Source: Flaccisagitta enflata (taxonomy: Eukaryota). Taken from it: DNA of 64,000 nucleotides. The notes beneath the pieces are model-generated. The model was not told the DNA's origin and ran no database searches. It saw nothing but the letters and a program-made list of their open reading frames with translations. Within the stretch, counting starts at the first letter, position 1. Every line of letters starts with the position of its first letter. This document shows positions 30,814 to 44,339 of the stretch, piece after piece. The position numbers were made by a program, and so were the translations under genes. Where the stretch lies: contig OZ231126.1 of NCBI GenBank assembly GCA_965153355.1, positions 12,214,001-12,278,000 on the forward strand, in the 5' to 3' direction.

Positions 30814-31107
30814 AGAATGATTTTTAGAAAATGGCGGCGAAAAATTTTGTTTTTCTTTGATGTTGCGATCGGTTGAAGCGCTTGTTCGTTGTTGTCCGAC
30901 AAAATGTAGAATATAACTCTCTCGTCCATTTCAGAGATCCGAAAGCTTGTCAAAACTTTTTCTGGCTGATGTCGACAGGAAAGAGAGAGAGAGGGAAACG
31001 CCAAAGTCAAAAAATTGTTATGTTCAGTTTGATTTTGGAGTGATTGCTGGGTAATTGATCTTGATATATATCAGAGAGGAAGGCGAATTTTCTGTTGGAT
31101 GGTTGGT

Positions 31108-31171
<64 letters not shown>

Positions 31172-31491
31172 ATAATAGACGCAGATAAGTTTGTTGTTGA
31201 CTTGTGTATTTTTTTCGAAAAGAATGTGGATGTACAATTTGTGAGATCAGTTGCAATATCAAAGAAAAATCAAGCCACCACTCACCGGGATGAGGGGACT
31301 GAATGTTGAACCTTGAAAAGACGGCAGAATTTGGTGTTATCATTTTCATTCAAGGATACATTGAAAATTCAATGTTTTTTGAATGGTCAATGGACATGGT
31401 GGAAACTTTCCACGTTCGCGATGCGCATGTTATTTCGCCTCATCATTTTTATTTACTTTTTATCAAAAACCTTGCCTTTTGAAATGACAGT

Positions 31492-31683
<192 letters not shown>

Positions 31684-31686
31684 CAG

Positions 31687-32156
31687 GCGCCAATTCCAAC
31701 CTTCGCGATCACGGCGGAAAAAGGCCGAAGCAATACTTGAAGAACTCGACGGTTCAAATTCTGTTCAACGGTCAATCTTCCGGTCACATCACCGCCGCCG
31801 CCCAAGGCTTCGCACAACGTAGGAATTCCGCCATTGAGGCTGGTTTCGGGGGTAGTAGTGGCGGTATCGGGGGTGGTGGGGCTGGGGGTGGTGGTAAAGG
31901 TGGCGGGTTGAGTCTACATACGGGTCTTTTATCCCCCGGCGGGGTATCGCGAGGGAGCATCTCCTCGCCCACCAAGCAAATGATTTCCTCCCCCATTTCG
32001 ATGCCGTTTCATTCTGGCGGTCTGTCTGCCACTTCCTTCTCTCCATTGCCCACTTTGACCGAGACAGGCGCCTCCAGTATGGCCAAGTCAGGCGCCAGCA
32101 GCTTGGGCAAGTCAGGCGCCAATCTGGCCAAAACCACGCAGATCACTTATGTCTGA
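31687..32156 (+). CDS. sowah: Terminal coding exon of SOWAH-like protein (end of ankyrin domain plus Gly/Ser-rich tail)
   Basis: tttcag|GC completes Gly in phase 1. Translation (G)ANSNLRDHGGKRPKQYLKN resembles the SOWAH motif RDxSGKKxxQYL and runs in frame into ORF 31737-32156, ending TQITYV*. Confidence 0.85.
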
Positions 32157-34215
32157 CCAATGTCGGACAAATGTCTGACGAATGTCGAACTTGTGCCTGA
32201 CAAATGTCAAACAAATGTCGGACAAAAAAACAGACATAAGCGCTTCTTGACACAGTCGCAGGAAAAACTATACCGCTCAAGTTTACGTTTAAGTATTTTA
32301 TGCCATTTCTAAACTCCATTGGATCGCGTCACATTAAAATGCACAATGCACTGTTATTGACACAAACTTGGGGCGTGGTATGCCATCAAAACTACGCGGG
32401 TTAGGGAGATCATTTGTAGTTTGTAGCCCGATCAAACTGAACTGATATCTTGCTCAGGGCTGTCAATTGATAACAAGTGCGATCTAGTTATACTAATACT
32501 CATGATTTTCTCAACTGACCTACGTTGTTCTACTGCTATGATCTACACCTGATCTGCACCGACTATTTCGATCTTCCACTGATTGAATGCAACTTTTTTG
32601 TTGATTATGAGAGTTGAATCAAATTGGGACATATCATTATCAAAATGATTCTAAAGCTAAGTTCATTTTGAGCAACTGACCAACTGACAGTACAAATTTC
32701 AATATTTCTGTCATCTGAAAGATGGCCTTTCTGAAAGGGAATTGGACAGAAAATATCTTTCGAAATTTAAAAACTTTTCAGGGTTTATTGTGGAATTTTG
32801 AAACCAAGTTATTTCCTCTGTTGGATATTGGTATGAATTCATTTGAACTCATATAGAAAACAGAATATGGATTCTTAGAATAGTCATGATGGTGAGGGGA
32901 TTTTGAAATTGGTTTGTATGATGTTGCACTACCCTATTATTGGGGCAAACCAACACCGGAAACTGATTAGCAGCCATGCAACAGCATCGACTATTTAACT
33001 GCCTTCCTGGGATGTGTGATTTCTGGCCATAGAGTTAGATGATTCAGATTTGTTGAGTGACGGTGTGTTGTTTTGGGTTTGACTAAAAAAAACAAAGACC
33101 CGTCTGAATATTCTGCTTTTTGAGGAGGATATTACTCCTCTAAAAAAGTACTCACTGCTGCTAAGAGGAACATTTCTTCAAGAGACATGGAAGACAAGAG
33201 AATGGAACTTATGCGCAAAAACCGCCCCACTCTCCCTCCCCTCCAGCCCACTTAAATGCCTACATTGATATTTTTTTTCCAAGAATGTATCTGGGCTTGT
33301 CTTACTCAAATTTGTTAAACCTCAACCAGGTTATTTATACAAAATGATGCTTCATTTTGTGACAAATTGTTTTCATTCATTTGTTTTGATAACTTTCCAC
33401 CTGCTGCTATGGCCCATTTAATGATTGGTGAATGGACTCAATATCTTTTCAATCTGTACCCGTCCCATGCCCATATACCAACACTATCGCTTTTCCTCAA
33501 GCTGTCAATCACAATGCATAATCTCCTTCATCTTTTCCTTTTTTCCCCTTCCAAATCATTGTATCCATTTTTCATGCTTGGTACTAACTAAAAAATCAGG
33601 TAAGCGGCAAGCTTTGCTTGGAAGGCAAGACTCGCAGCTTCCGTCTTTAGATCTTGCATTGCCACCAGGTGATTTCCAGAGGGGGGCTGCAGACAATGAT
33701 TGCGATTGCTCCCCTCAAAATTTGAATACCAATAACATTCAAGTCAAATATACTGAATATGCCTTTGATCTATTGTAGATATGTCATACATGTTAGGATT
33801 TCTGTTGCTCTTGAGTTATTTACAAATATTTCGGCTCTTGAGTTAAAGAAAAAGTTTTCTTAAGTTGTATAATTTTTTTTTTAAATCTTTTTGTTTTTTT
33901 CAAGCAGCTTCCTTTAAAGCATTACAAGAAAGGTGTTAAAGTAATTGTGTTCTATGAATGCACGCATGATTGTTTAGATTTTAGCCGCATCTTTGCGCTT
34001 TTTCTAGTTTTCTGATAAAAGTATTCTGTCGATATGTTTGATTATTCTGTTTCATCAATTTGGTTTATTTTTTGTTTGCTTTGTTTATAATGTTCACATG
34101 TGTTACATTGTCCTTTTATTTCTATGTACGAATTTAAAGTTTTCTTTTTGTCAATTTTGCATGATGCCATGTCATTCTCTTTTTCTTCAAAATAAATTGT
34201 TTTTGGTTAAGCCAG
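32157..34215 (+). other. Probable 3' UTR of the SOWAH-like gene, AATAAA at 34191-34196
   Basis: About 2 kb free of the TEs and microsatellites seen elsewhere, increasingly T-rich, ending at a canonical poly(A) signal. Confidence 0.45.
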
Positions 34216-35596
34216 TATTCACATTAATATATTCTTTTCAAACTGTTAGGTTTTAGTTGAAACAGGTAAAACAAATCAGCCATTCATGATGAGACAGTCA
34301 GGTGTGTCAAATACGGGTGATGACTGAATTTGAGACCATAATGCTGACGCAAGATGGGGCTGTTGATTTGAAAACGATTGCCGTTTTCCTTTTTCCAAAA
34401 TTCAATCAGCAACCATTTTTTTTTTTGCAATCGAAATCTAATGCAATGTCTGCGCTCTCGTTCGCCAAAAAACAAATCTATTAACCAAAAAAATTATTTT
34501 ACTATTTTATTTAAGTTAATACGATTAACCCAGACACTTTTTTGTGACGCTCTAAAGAGGAAAGCAGAATTTGAAGGTAATTTGAATGCCCCACTATACA
34601 AGGCAAAGGATGAAAAGTCGATAACGTGATTACAACGATATACAAATGAGGGGCAAAACAGGGCTTTTGGAAAAAACGGAAGATGACCGAAATTTGAAAA
34701 AAGAAAAACAGTGAAGGCATTTAAATGAGTAACCCCATGATGCCCTAGCGTTATACTCTCAGGGATTAATGTTTTGCATATTGACACACCCGAATGAGAC
34801 AGTCTCCCATAAATCCACAGAATGAGAAAACATTAAGGGAGTACGAGAATAGGTCACCGAATAGGTCACCGAAACAAAATGAGCTTGCTACCTTTTTTTT
34901 GGCTCAGTAGACTCAAAATATATGGGTTTGTACCAATTTGGGGGCTGTGGCTTGACAAAAACCCCGCGGAAGGCCCAAAAAACAAACACGACCCTATTTT
35001 TGAAATTTTTAGAGCGTTTTTGAGTGAAAATATTAGTTTTTAAGTGAAAATATTAAACTTACTTAAGTTTTCATGTACCATTTCATGCATCAAAATGCAT
35101 AGACTCTACATTTCCTCATTTATGATAAGTAGCTTCTTTGCCCTTGAAAAGAATTGGTCAATATCATACAAATACAGTATGATTCTTGAGCGTTTCAAGT
35201 AGTACTGTTTTTCTAGCCTGAATTGATTTGATCACAACCTCACCAATTGAAAGAAGATATAAGAAAAGTTCAGATATTTTTGTCAGTACATGTATATCTG
35301 TAATCATCAACCATTATTCAGAAATTGAAATTGCATAAAACAATGAATGTGATACCAAACACAACTAAGTAAGAATCTTGAATAAAAAATCCAATGATCA
35401 AGCAGACAATTTGGATGAGCAAAAATAAGAAGTATGAGTTTTAGTCGGTGTGATTGTCAAAAAATTGCACCTATGTGGAAATGCTATGTGAAAGAAATCA
35501 TGGGGAAGATCAGTGAGTAGAGCGTGGGAGACAGGAGGAGGGACATAAATAGAATGACCATTTCATACGCCAGGTTTTTTTTAATGCAACATGACT

Positions 35597-37994
35597 CTGG
35601 GCCGGATCAAACAAATGACTGGTCACCCACAATGATTTGGAAACTCATAAGCTCTCTCTGTGTGTGTAGGGGCCTCGCGCTTTAGAGCCTCGCCTGAGAA
35701 GAAGGAGAAAGGATGAAAAAAAGGAAGAAGAGAAAAGAAAGGAAGAAGAAGAAAAAGAAGAAAAGAAAGAGAAAGAAGAAAAAGAAGAAGAAGAAGAAAG
35801 AAAAGAAGAAGAAGAAGAAGAGAAGAAGAAGAAGAAGAAAGAAAGAAAGAAAGAAGAAGAGATTTTCTTCAAAAGCCTTGAGCTATTTAAAGAACATGAG
35901 CTTATGGAAGAAGTAAAGGTGGAAAACATGAGGAAAAAGTTTGGACCTTTGAAGGCAAGAAAAAAATCTCATATAAGGATATATGTATTGAAACAAAAAA
36001 GTCAATAAGCTTTTTAGCAATTTCTGGTAGGATGGTTGCAATGATATTTGAGTACCATATGCTTATGCAACAGTTACTTTGCTCATGTGTCACAGAATCA
36101 AAAAGTTTTTTTGCACACCATTTGCTTGTGCAAGGGTTCCTTGAAGATGCTCGACCATCAACTTAGATACTACCCGAATTTAAAAAAACGCAAGTTTCTT
36201 ATAGAAGTGATTGAATGAGGCTACTTTTTCCGTCTGAGAAGCATTTTGCGAGCTGGTTTAGTTTATTTGAGTTTCCATGCATCACATCCAAGACTTCTAG
36301 CCTTCAGAATCGAGCTGATGCGGAGAAATCACCATGCAAAAGTAACATTTACTTTAAAAATTTTTGCCTTTTATTTTCAGTTAAGAGTCCTTGATGATTT
36401 TGAAGGTTTTATTGTAATCAATCATATTCGGTGTTTCATTTTTCATCACAGACATCGGGTAACCCAAATATAAGAACTACGAAAGCAGACAGCATGGGTA
36501 AAACAATTCCTGATTCCTCCTAGTGGTGCAATTACTCCATCACCTTCACCCCAAAATGATCTTTTTTTTCCTCAGACTGCGTTTTATATTTTGGACCCTA
36601 GCACCTGCTTTTGAGTATAACTTCTAACGAATCAAGCTACAGATTTGGGACTGCGCTCAAAAGAAAGCCCTGGAAAAAAGCTTCAACTTGGTCACTGATA
36701 AATCATGTCTTAAGTGAGCCAAAGGCCCAAAAATGAGCTATAGAAAAACTTGCGTTTTTTTAAATTCCGGTAGTAGAATAATTGTCAACAAATTTCTTAT
36801 CAATTGCTAGAGTATGATTTTTTACAAATAAAACAAAAGATGACAACATGAATCATAAACAAATCGACATAATCAAATTCTGAAAAAAATGCTTGGAAGA
36901 GTAGGTTTTAGCATTAATTCATGCCAAATTTCAGCATTTGGTCTCAAGTAGTTTAGCCTCAATTGCTTTTTTAATCATCCAAAATCACTTTTTTTAACTA
37001 TGCCAAAAAAAAAAAAAAAAGAAGCGAACTACTTGTTTGTCAGTGTTTAACATCCAAGCTATGAGAAAAACATAGCAAAGTTCATGACCATTTTGAAGCT
37101 CTGCGAAAGATCTTTCAAATGAGACCTTGCTGGATGTCCTAGCTCTATCCGTTTAGAAATAGCATTAGGATGAAGACAGGTAGTCAAGAATTTGGAAATT
37201 CACTACATGATTTTCATGGGTTATCTCTATTCTAACATAGAAATCAAACACATAGAGTTAGAACACATTGAGAAGCTAAACTACTTGAGACCAAATTGTG
37301 ACAGTGCATGTTATCCGGGAGTTTGAACGCAATTTAGGATTTTTAGTCGCATTTTATATGACCCTAAAAGCCACTTTATGATCAGTTGGTCCATTGGTTC
37401 CCCAATTCCCCTCTCTCTGTCTATCACAATTAACTTTAGAAAACGTTTTCTCATCTGTACAATTACTGACTAAATGGAGACCACTTATTCAAGAATTTTA
37501 CAAATTCCAGTCTGTCTGTCTGTCTGTCTGTCTGTCCCATCTTTTGTAAAGATGCCAATACATGCGATTTAGGTCCAATGACCTTGTCATAGTCATAGCT
37601 GGCTCTAAACTCTAGATAAGCACAACATCACAAAAACTTAATTTCTAAAAAAAAAATCCTATGAATGAAAACACCACATTTTGCTTAATAAAAAATCTTA
37701 GAATTTTACATAAATCTTTCTTTTTAGATTTGAGCCTTAGAGGACTGGTTAGGGGTCTCAGGGGGGGGACAGCGTATACGGGTATGTGCAGACAAAGTTA
37801 AGGATATTACTCCTGTGTTCTGTAGAAAACTGGCCCTTTGGGGCTGCTGCCAATAAAGCAATAGCCAGTAGAGAAAAGTTTGTTTTCATATTGGATATGT
37901 TTTAGTGAAGGGGGGGGGGGGCGGCTTGGCCCAAGTGGAGGGGGCCTCGCTCCCCAGATAGCCCAGGGCCTCGCAAATGGTTGATCCGGCCCAG
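35597..37994. mobile_element. hAT-type non-autonomous element nested in the Kolobok-like element
   Basis: 14-bp TIR CTGGGCCGGATCAA / TTGATCCGGCCCAG; perfect 8-bp TSD ACATGACT (35589-35596, 37995-38002). Confidence 0.88.
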
Positions 37995-38166
37995 ACATGA
38001 CTACAAATGATTGTTCACCCACAATGATTTTGAAACTCATAAGCTCTCTCTGTGTGTGTAGATGGCACTTTTAACCATTATTCTGCCCCATCTGAGCCAA
38101 TCAGTTGTCTCCACATGGACTGAATGATCTCACAGTTGAGAAGGGCAAAAACCAAATCTTTTCTTT

Positions 38167-39680
38167 TTACAAGGTTACTAAAGGCCTGATTTCAAGTATG
38201 TGTCTCCTTTCAAAGTCATCCAAAACTTCATCATTGGGATAGATCTTATATGTTTTTCCTTTATCATCCTTTGCTCTTGTTTTCAGAGCAGTGAGAGCTT
38301 GCACACAAATGCTATCTTGTTGCTGATTGTAAGATTGCACAGAACCAAGGTTCCAGCCATCTTCTTGTAATGTGACAACAAATTCTTCTTCCTGCAATGG
38401 CCAATTGAAGTCTTTTAGAGGCTCCTCCACAGGTACCCTAGACCTCTTGGCTTGCTTATTGGCAGACTGAGTACCTACTGACTCAGAAGCCACATAGACA
38501 TCTTCTACAGTAATGACCTCTTGGTCAGATGGGTCAACTGTGTGCAAAGCCCATGGAATTTTCTATTACATCTGTTTGGCTGTGATATTGCTTTGTTTGA
38601 AATAAACAAAGTCATTGGGCATTTCTGAAAACAAAGCCTTTTTCAACTTAACTTCTCTGCTCAGAATAGCCAACTGATCTGCCTCACTCAGCTTTTAGAT
38701 TCTGTCATAGCACTTTTTAGTACATAAAGAAATCAGTAAATTTTTGGCCAACTCTCTTCCCAGCTTGTCTGCTTCACTGTCTGTCAAGGCCAACTTTGCT
38801 TTCATGATCTCTTTCTGAGACTTTGAAAAACCTGCTTCAATTTGATGAACTTCTTTCTGTTTGGCCTTGAGCTCCTTGTCCTTCAACATGTTGACTCCCT
38901 CATTACCAAAGGCAAGATCTAAACTTCTTTTTAGCACAAGTCTGTCACTGATAGCTTGGAAAGCAGAACCTCACTTGCTACTTAGCTGTTGAAAAAAATC
39001 TCCAAAATAATTTTCTCCAGCTTTGTTGTCCACAGGGATGGTCGTAAGCTGTTCTTCAGTGAAGATTTCTGACAGAGGCTTTAAGTGTGTATCTCCCTGC
39101 TTTCTTTGCTGAGTATTCCAGATACCATGTACTTGAAAAACTATGTGATTATAGAAATCATCAACTTTGGAATAATGCTGCTCTTAAACGAATAAAGCTA
39201 CACTTCCCAGATTGGTCCTATTTTAAAGATTTAAAGATGGGCTTTGAAATGGGAGCAATCTGGAGCCTATAGCTTTACTCGTTTAGGAGCAATACTCTTC
39301 CAAAGTTGATGCTAATCTTAAAACTGCTGCGTTTCTTTCGGCGAAGATAGTATTCTGGAGCAAATTCATACTGAATTTCTCGTTGCCGTGACAGAGTTGC
39401 AGCAAGCTGTTTCATCAAGACTTGCATCGCGATTCATGACATCGTACTGCTCAAGATGTACAAAAAAAATCCATCATTCTTGTTTGTACTGTTTAAAATC
39501 CATCCTCAAGAGCTGGAAGAGCATGCCTTTCAACTTAGCTGAATTTCAAACCTGGGATTGGTTCCATCATTTGTTTGTACAAATTTTGAAGGATACTTCG
39601 AAGAGCCAAATGAGTTGGTCTAGGTTGCTGATCCAACAGAATGCAAAGAAGTGGCTCCATCAAATGATAGCCAATTAGAA
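38167..39680 (-). pseudogene. C-terminal remnant of a probable transposase with stops and frameshifts
   Basis: Collinear fragments LIGYHLMEPLLCILLDQ.., ..LAATLSRQREIQYEF.., EQLTTIPVDNKAGENYFGDFFQQLSSK*GSAFQAISDRLVLKRS.., WPLQEEEFVVTLQEDGWNLG.. lie inside the TIRs. Confidence 0.65.
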
Positions 39681-40186
39681 CCTCTACAGTCCATTCATCT
39701 ACAGTCCATTCATAATAAGATAAGAGATGGGACAGTGATAGTGGAGAAAAGTGAGAGGGGAGAAAAGTAAGAGAGGAGAGAAAAAAGTGAAACAGAAAAA
39801 GGCAGACAGAGTCACAGAAAGAATTTTAAGCATAATAACATTGTTATGTGTTTAAAAGATCCATTTTTTGCGAAAAAATGATTTTTTTTTGTCCAATTCT
39901 TTGACTAGCAGGGTCCTTTCACTATTTCAGGCACACTTTCTAGTTTTAAAGTTGAAATATAGCTTAGGAATTAGATTAAAACACTTTTTTGCCAAAAATA
40001 GCAAGCAAAAACGCTTGAAATCATAGAAAAATCTATTTTTTAAGCGATCCGAGGGGTTTTTCTCAACCAATGGAGCTGAAAAAAGTTTTTAACATCTTAT
40101 CTAAGCCCTACTCACATGTTAATCTGGTAGCAAGAGTGATATTTTGAAAAAAGTGATTTTCTGCTGAATCTCGTACTCCCCTAAAT

Positions 40187-40785
40187 TTAAGCTAAATATT
40201 TTAGATTTTTTTTTAAGTTGCGTGCTACAGTGTAGCACTGCTACACGACTCAACAGTCAACACCCTGCTTTGTCCATCCATTGGTTGGTTTGTCCGTCTC
40301 ATACTACTTTATTATGTTTTTGTAATCTTTGGCCTCGCTGCTCCAGCCCAAATGTATGTACTCAAATACGGCCACTGCGAACCTGCACTCGACTGGGGTA
40401 GCTGTGTATCCAGCCTTGTTCTTTGAGCCCATTCAATTTTTAGTTGGCTTTATTCATCAGTTGCTCTGTACATTAGTGAACTCAACGTTGAACTGGTCAC
40501 ACTGGTTGACTCAGATTTTCTAACTTTTGAGCGCTTGATATGAATTTCAGCTACAGCTGATTTCTCTTTAGTCGCGTGCTATGGGACTCCATGACCCGCT
40601 ATGTCTGTCCGTTGGTTGGTCGGCATTGCTTTTTTTTTTTACGTTTTACGTCATTTCAAGTCATTTTACATTTTGTCTTTTAGTCTTGACGACCGCACGC
40701 GACTTAGAGATGTTGGCCTTGTTTTGTGGTAAAAGGCTTAATTCTGAGATTTGTGAGATTGATGGGGCCAGAATTCAGTTAACTA
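40187..40785 (+). repeat. Local duplication copy 1 (together with 34799-34836)
   Basis: Highly similar to 43733-44339; ORFs 40329 and 43858 translate almost identically. Confidence 0.9.
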
Positions 40786-43698
40786 CAGTACCGGAATCAA
40801 AGAACTGGTGATACGGAGGGAAGCCATATCTCTCCAATTACAAGGATATGAGATCTGAAATGTTTCTGTGGTGTGCACCTATAGTACCCCCACCCCCCAT
40901 AAGGGTTTGGAGCTGTTCCGGGCATTTTTTGTTTTTGGTTGTCAAAAATTTTTTATTTCTTAAAATCACTTTTGTAGGCCAAAAAATTTGCTTTAAAATT
41001 TCATTTTTATGTTACATGTAGTCAATACCCAGAGCTACGAATTTCATTTTTTGAAAAATATTTTTGGCTAATTTTTAAGGGAATGGCACTAAAAAAACCA
41101 AAATTTAAAAAAAAAATGAAAAATCGCTATATTTTCTAAAATAATTGGTTTAGCATAATAATTTTTGGCATGGAAGTAGTCCTGAGAACCCTTTATGTGT
41201 ATGCGAAATTCAACTCCCATACTTGAATTTTAAAGGAGTTATGGGATTTTGAAATTTTGCTAATTTTTGGTAAAAAACATTTTTTCTTATGAAATTTTTT
41301 TTGTGAACCATTTTTCATGAAATTTCATAGACAAACAAAGTAATTGATATTTTTTTGCTTCCAAAAAAAATTTGGGCACTGCGACCCCTTAAAAAAATTC
41401 TTTCTCTCTCAAAAATTGCTAAAATTGGCTATTTTTCTAGGTTAAATTAAAACTGTTCCTGCTATCCGATCAACTTCATTTTTGGAGGGATTATCAACCT
41501 ACATCTGCAGTAACTATGTTTCAAATTTCAAGTAAATTGGATAATTCATTCCGGAAATATTCAAGTTCAAAGTGGAAGGAAAGAAGCAGGCTAAAGAATT
41601 ACTGTTTCTGTAGTAGCACACACAGTAAGTCTTGGGTGACAGTTAGCTACAAATGTCTCAAAAAGGTAACGTTTAATCGATATAAATAAAGTCACTCCAA
41701 AATTGTTGCAAATAGGTGTTGAATATGTCCCCGCAGCATAACCAACCAAAATCTTTGGATTTCACAATCTCTAATAAATAGGCACCAAAAAAACTGCAAA
41801 AAATGCCCTTTTTGCATTTTTGCTTACATTTTTGGGGGTGCTGCTTTAGCATATTAGCAACATCCCCATCCAGTGCCACATGGCACAAGTAGTCCGCGAC
41901 CCAGGACCAGATGTCCCAAGATTTATTCATTTCGGTCGCGCTTTAAGCGCAACAATTTTGGTTTAAAATGGCAAAAAATGCGATTTTTTTAATTTTTGGG
42001 GTGTAATGCATATTAAATGACATCCCCATCCCCAAATTTTTGTGGCATAGTAGTCCATGATAAAACAGATGTGAAATTTATTCATTTCCGTCACGCTTTA
42101 AGCATAAAAATTTTGGTTTAAAATGGCAAAAAATGCAATTTTTAAAGCTGTTTTTGGGGTGAAATGCATATTATACGACATCCCCATCTCCAAACTTTTT
42201 GTGGCATAGTAGTCCATAATAGGACAAATGTCCCCCAAAAAATGTATTCATTTCCGTCACGCTTTAAGCACAAAAATTTTGGTCTAAAATGGCATAAAAT
42301 GCGATTTTTGAATTTTTTAAAGCTGTTTTTGGGGTGTAATGCATATTAAACAACATTCCATCCCCAAACTTTTTGTGGCATAGTAGTCCATGATAGGACA
42401 GATGTCCCCCCAAAAAATTATTCATTTCCGTCACGCTTTAAGCACAAAAGATTTGGGGATGGGGATGTCGTTTAATATGCATTCACCCCAAAAACAGCTT
42501 AAATAATTTAAAAAATCGCAATTTTTGACATTTTTAACCAAAATTTTTGTGCTTAAAGCGTGGCGGAGAATAAATTTTGGGGGACATCTCTCCTATCATG
42601 GACTACTATGCTACAAAGACTTGGGAGATGAGGATGTCGTTTAATATACATAACACTCTAAAAACAGCTTAAATAAATTCAAAAAATCATATTTTTTGTC
42701 ATTTTAAAACCAAATTTTCATGCACAACTCGTGACGGAAATGAATAAATTTTTTGGGGGATATCTGTCTCTATGAACTATATGCAAAGTTAGGGATGGAT
42801 ATCGTTAATATGCATTACACCAAAACATCTTAAAAAATTTAAAAGAAATCCCTTTTTCCATTTTAAACTAATTTTGTGCTTAAAACATGACAGAACTGAA
42901 TAAATTTTTAAGAGGACATCCGTCTTATCATGAACTCTTATATACAAAAGTTTAGAGATGGGGATAATAGTTTAATATACGTACACCAAAACTAGCTTAA
43001 ATAATTCAAAAATCACTACATTTTTGCCATTTAATAAATTTTTATTGGCAAGCATGTGAAATGAATAAATTTTGGGGGGGGACATCTGTCTTATCATGGA
43101 CTATTGCCATGGGGATAGGGATAATCGTTGTGTAAATTTTTATAAAACAGCAAAAATTAAAAATGTGATTTTGTAATTTTAATAAAAATTTTTGTATTTA
43201 AAGCGTGACTGAAATGAATAAATTTTGGGAGGACATCTGTCCTATCATGGACTACTATGCCACAAAAAATTTGGATTGGGATGTCATTTAATATGCGTTA
43301 CACCCTAAAAATGTGGCAAAAAATGCCAAAAAAAGGCATTTTTTGCAGTTTTTTTTTTTTGCCTATTTTTCTAGGGTGTGAGAAATCAAAATTTTGGTTG
43401 AGGTTATCTTTCTCAAGGGTTATATTCAACACTATTTGTAATTTAGGTGACGACTATATCGGTCAGCGATTACCTTTAAGGCGTTGTAAGCTAACCGTCA
43501 ATGAGACTTGCTCATTAAAATACTGCAGAAGGCAATATTTTAACTCGCCTTTACTGAACATATCTCGGAACGAAGATATCCGATTTACTGGTGAAGCATA
43601 GTGCACTGCGAATGGATTGATAATCACTCAAAAAATATGTTGATCGGATAACAGGGAGCAGTTTTATTCAACCTGAAAAGGTAACCAGTACAACAGTT
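40786..43698. mobile_element. One-ended TA-flanked DNA element with a large foldback (about 41435-43680) and ~155-177-bp tandem units
   Basis: Starts TA|CAGTACCGGAATC exactly at the duplication breakpoint. Units containing CATCCCCATC and TTATTCATTTCCGTCACGC flip orientation at about 42450. Arm at 41440-41490 mirrors 43615-43675. Confidence 0.65.
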
Positions 43699-44339
43699 AC
43701 AGTCTCCCCTGAATCCACAGAATGAGGAAACATTAAGGTAAATATTTTAGATTTTTTTTTAGTTGCGTGCCACACGACTCAACAGTCAACATCCCGCTTT
43801 GTCCATCCATTGGTTGGTTGGTCTGTCTCATAATACTTTATTATGTTTTTGTAATCTTTGGCCTCGCTGCTCCAGCCCAAATGTATGTTCTCAAATACGG
43901 CCCCTGCGCACCCGCACTCGACTGGGGTAGCTGTGTATCCAGCCTTGTTCTTTGAGCCCATTCGATTTTTAGTTGGCTTTGTTCATCAGTTGGTCTGTAC
44001 ATTAGTAAACTCAACGTTGAACTGGTTACACTGGTTGACTCAGATTTTCTAACTTTTGAGCGCTTGATATGAATTTCAGCTACAGCTGATTTCTCTTTAG
44101 TCGCATGCTATGCGACCCCATGACCCGCTATGTCTGTCAGTCGGTGTGTCCATCTTTTCATTGGTCGGTTGGCATTGCTTTTTTTTTTCGCCATTTTACA
44201 TCATTTCAAGTCTTTTTTTCATTTTGTCTTTCAGTCTTGATGACCGCACGCGACTTAGAGATGTTGGCCTTGTTTTTTGGTAATAGGAGGCATAATTCTG
44301 AGATTTGTGAGATTGATGGGGCCAGAATCCAGTTAACTA
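43699..44339 (+). repeat. Local duplication copy 2 (empty-site version)
   Basis: CAGTCTCCC..CATTAAGGTAAATATTTTAG joins sequences that are separated by 5.3 kb in copy 1. Confidence 0.9.

Larger units (their letters stand above)
34837..40180 (-). mobile_element. Decayed TTAA-targeting DNA transposon (Kolobok-like)
   Basis: TTAA|GGGAGTACGAGA ... TCTCGTACTCCC, a perfect 12-bp TIR. Empty site visible in the duplicated flank at 43700-43750. Broken minus-strand ORF at 38167-39680. Superfamily is inferred. Confidence 0.7.
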
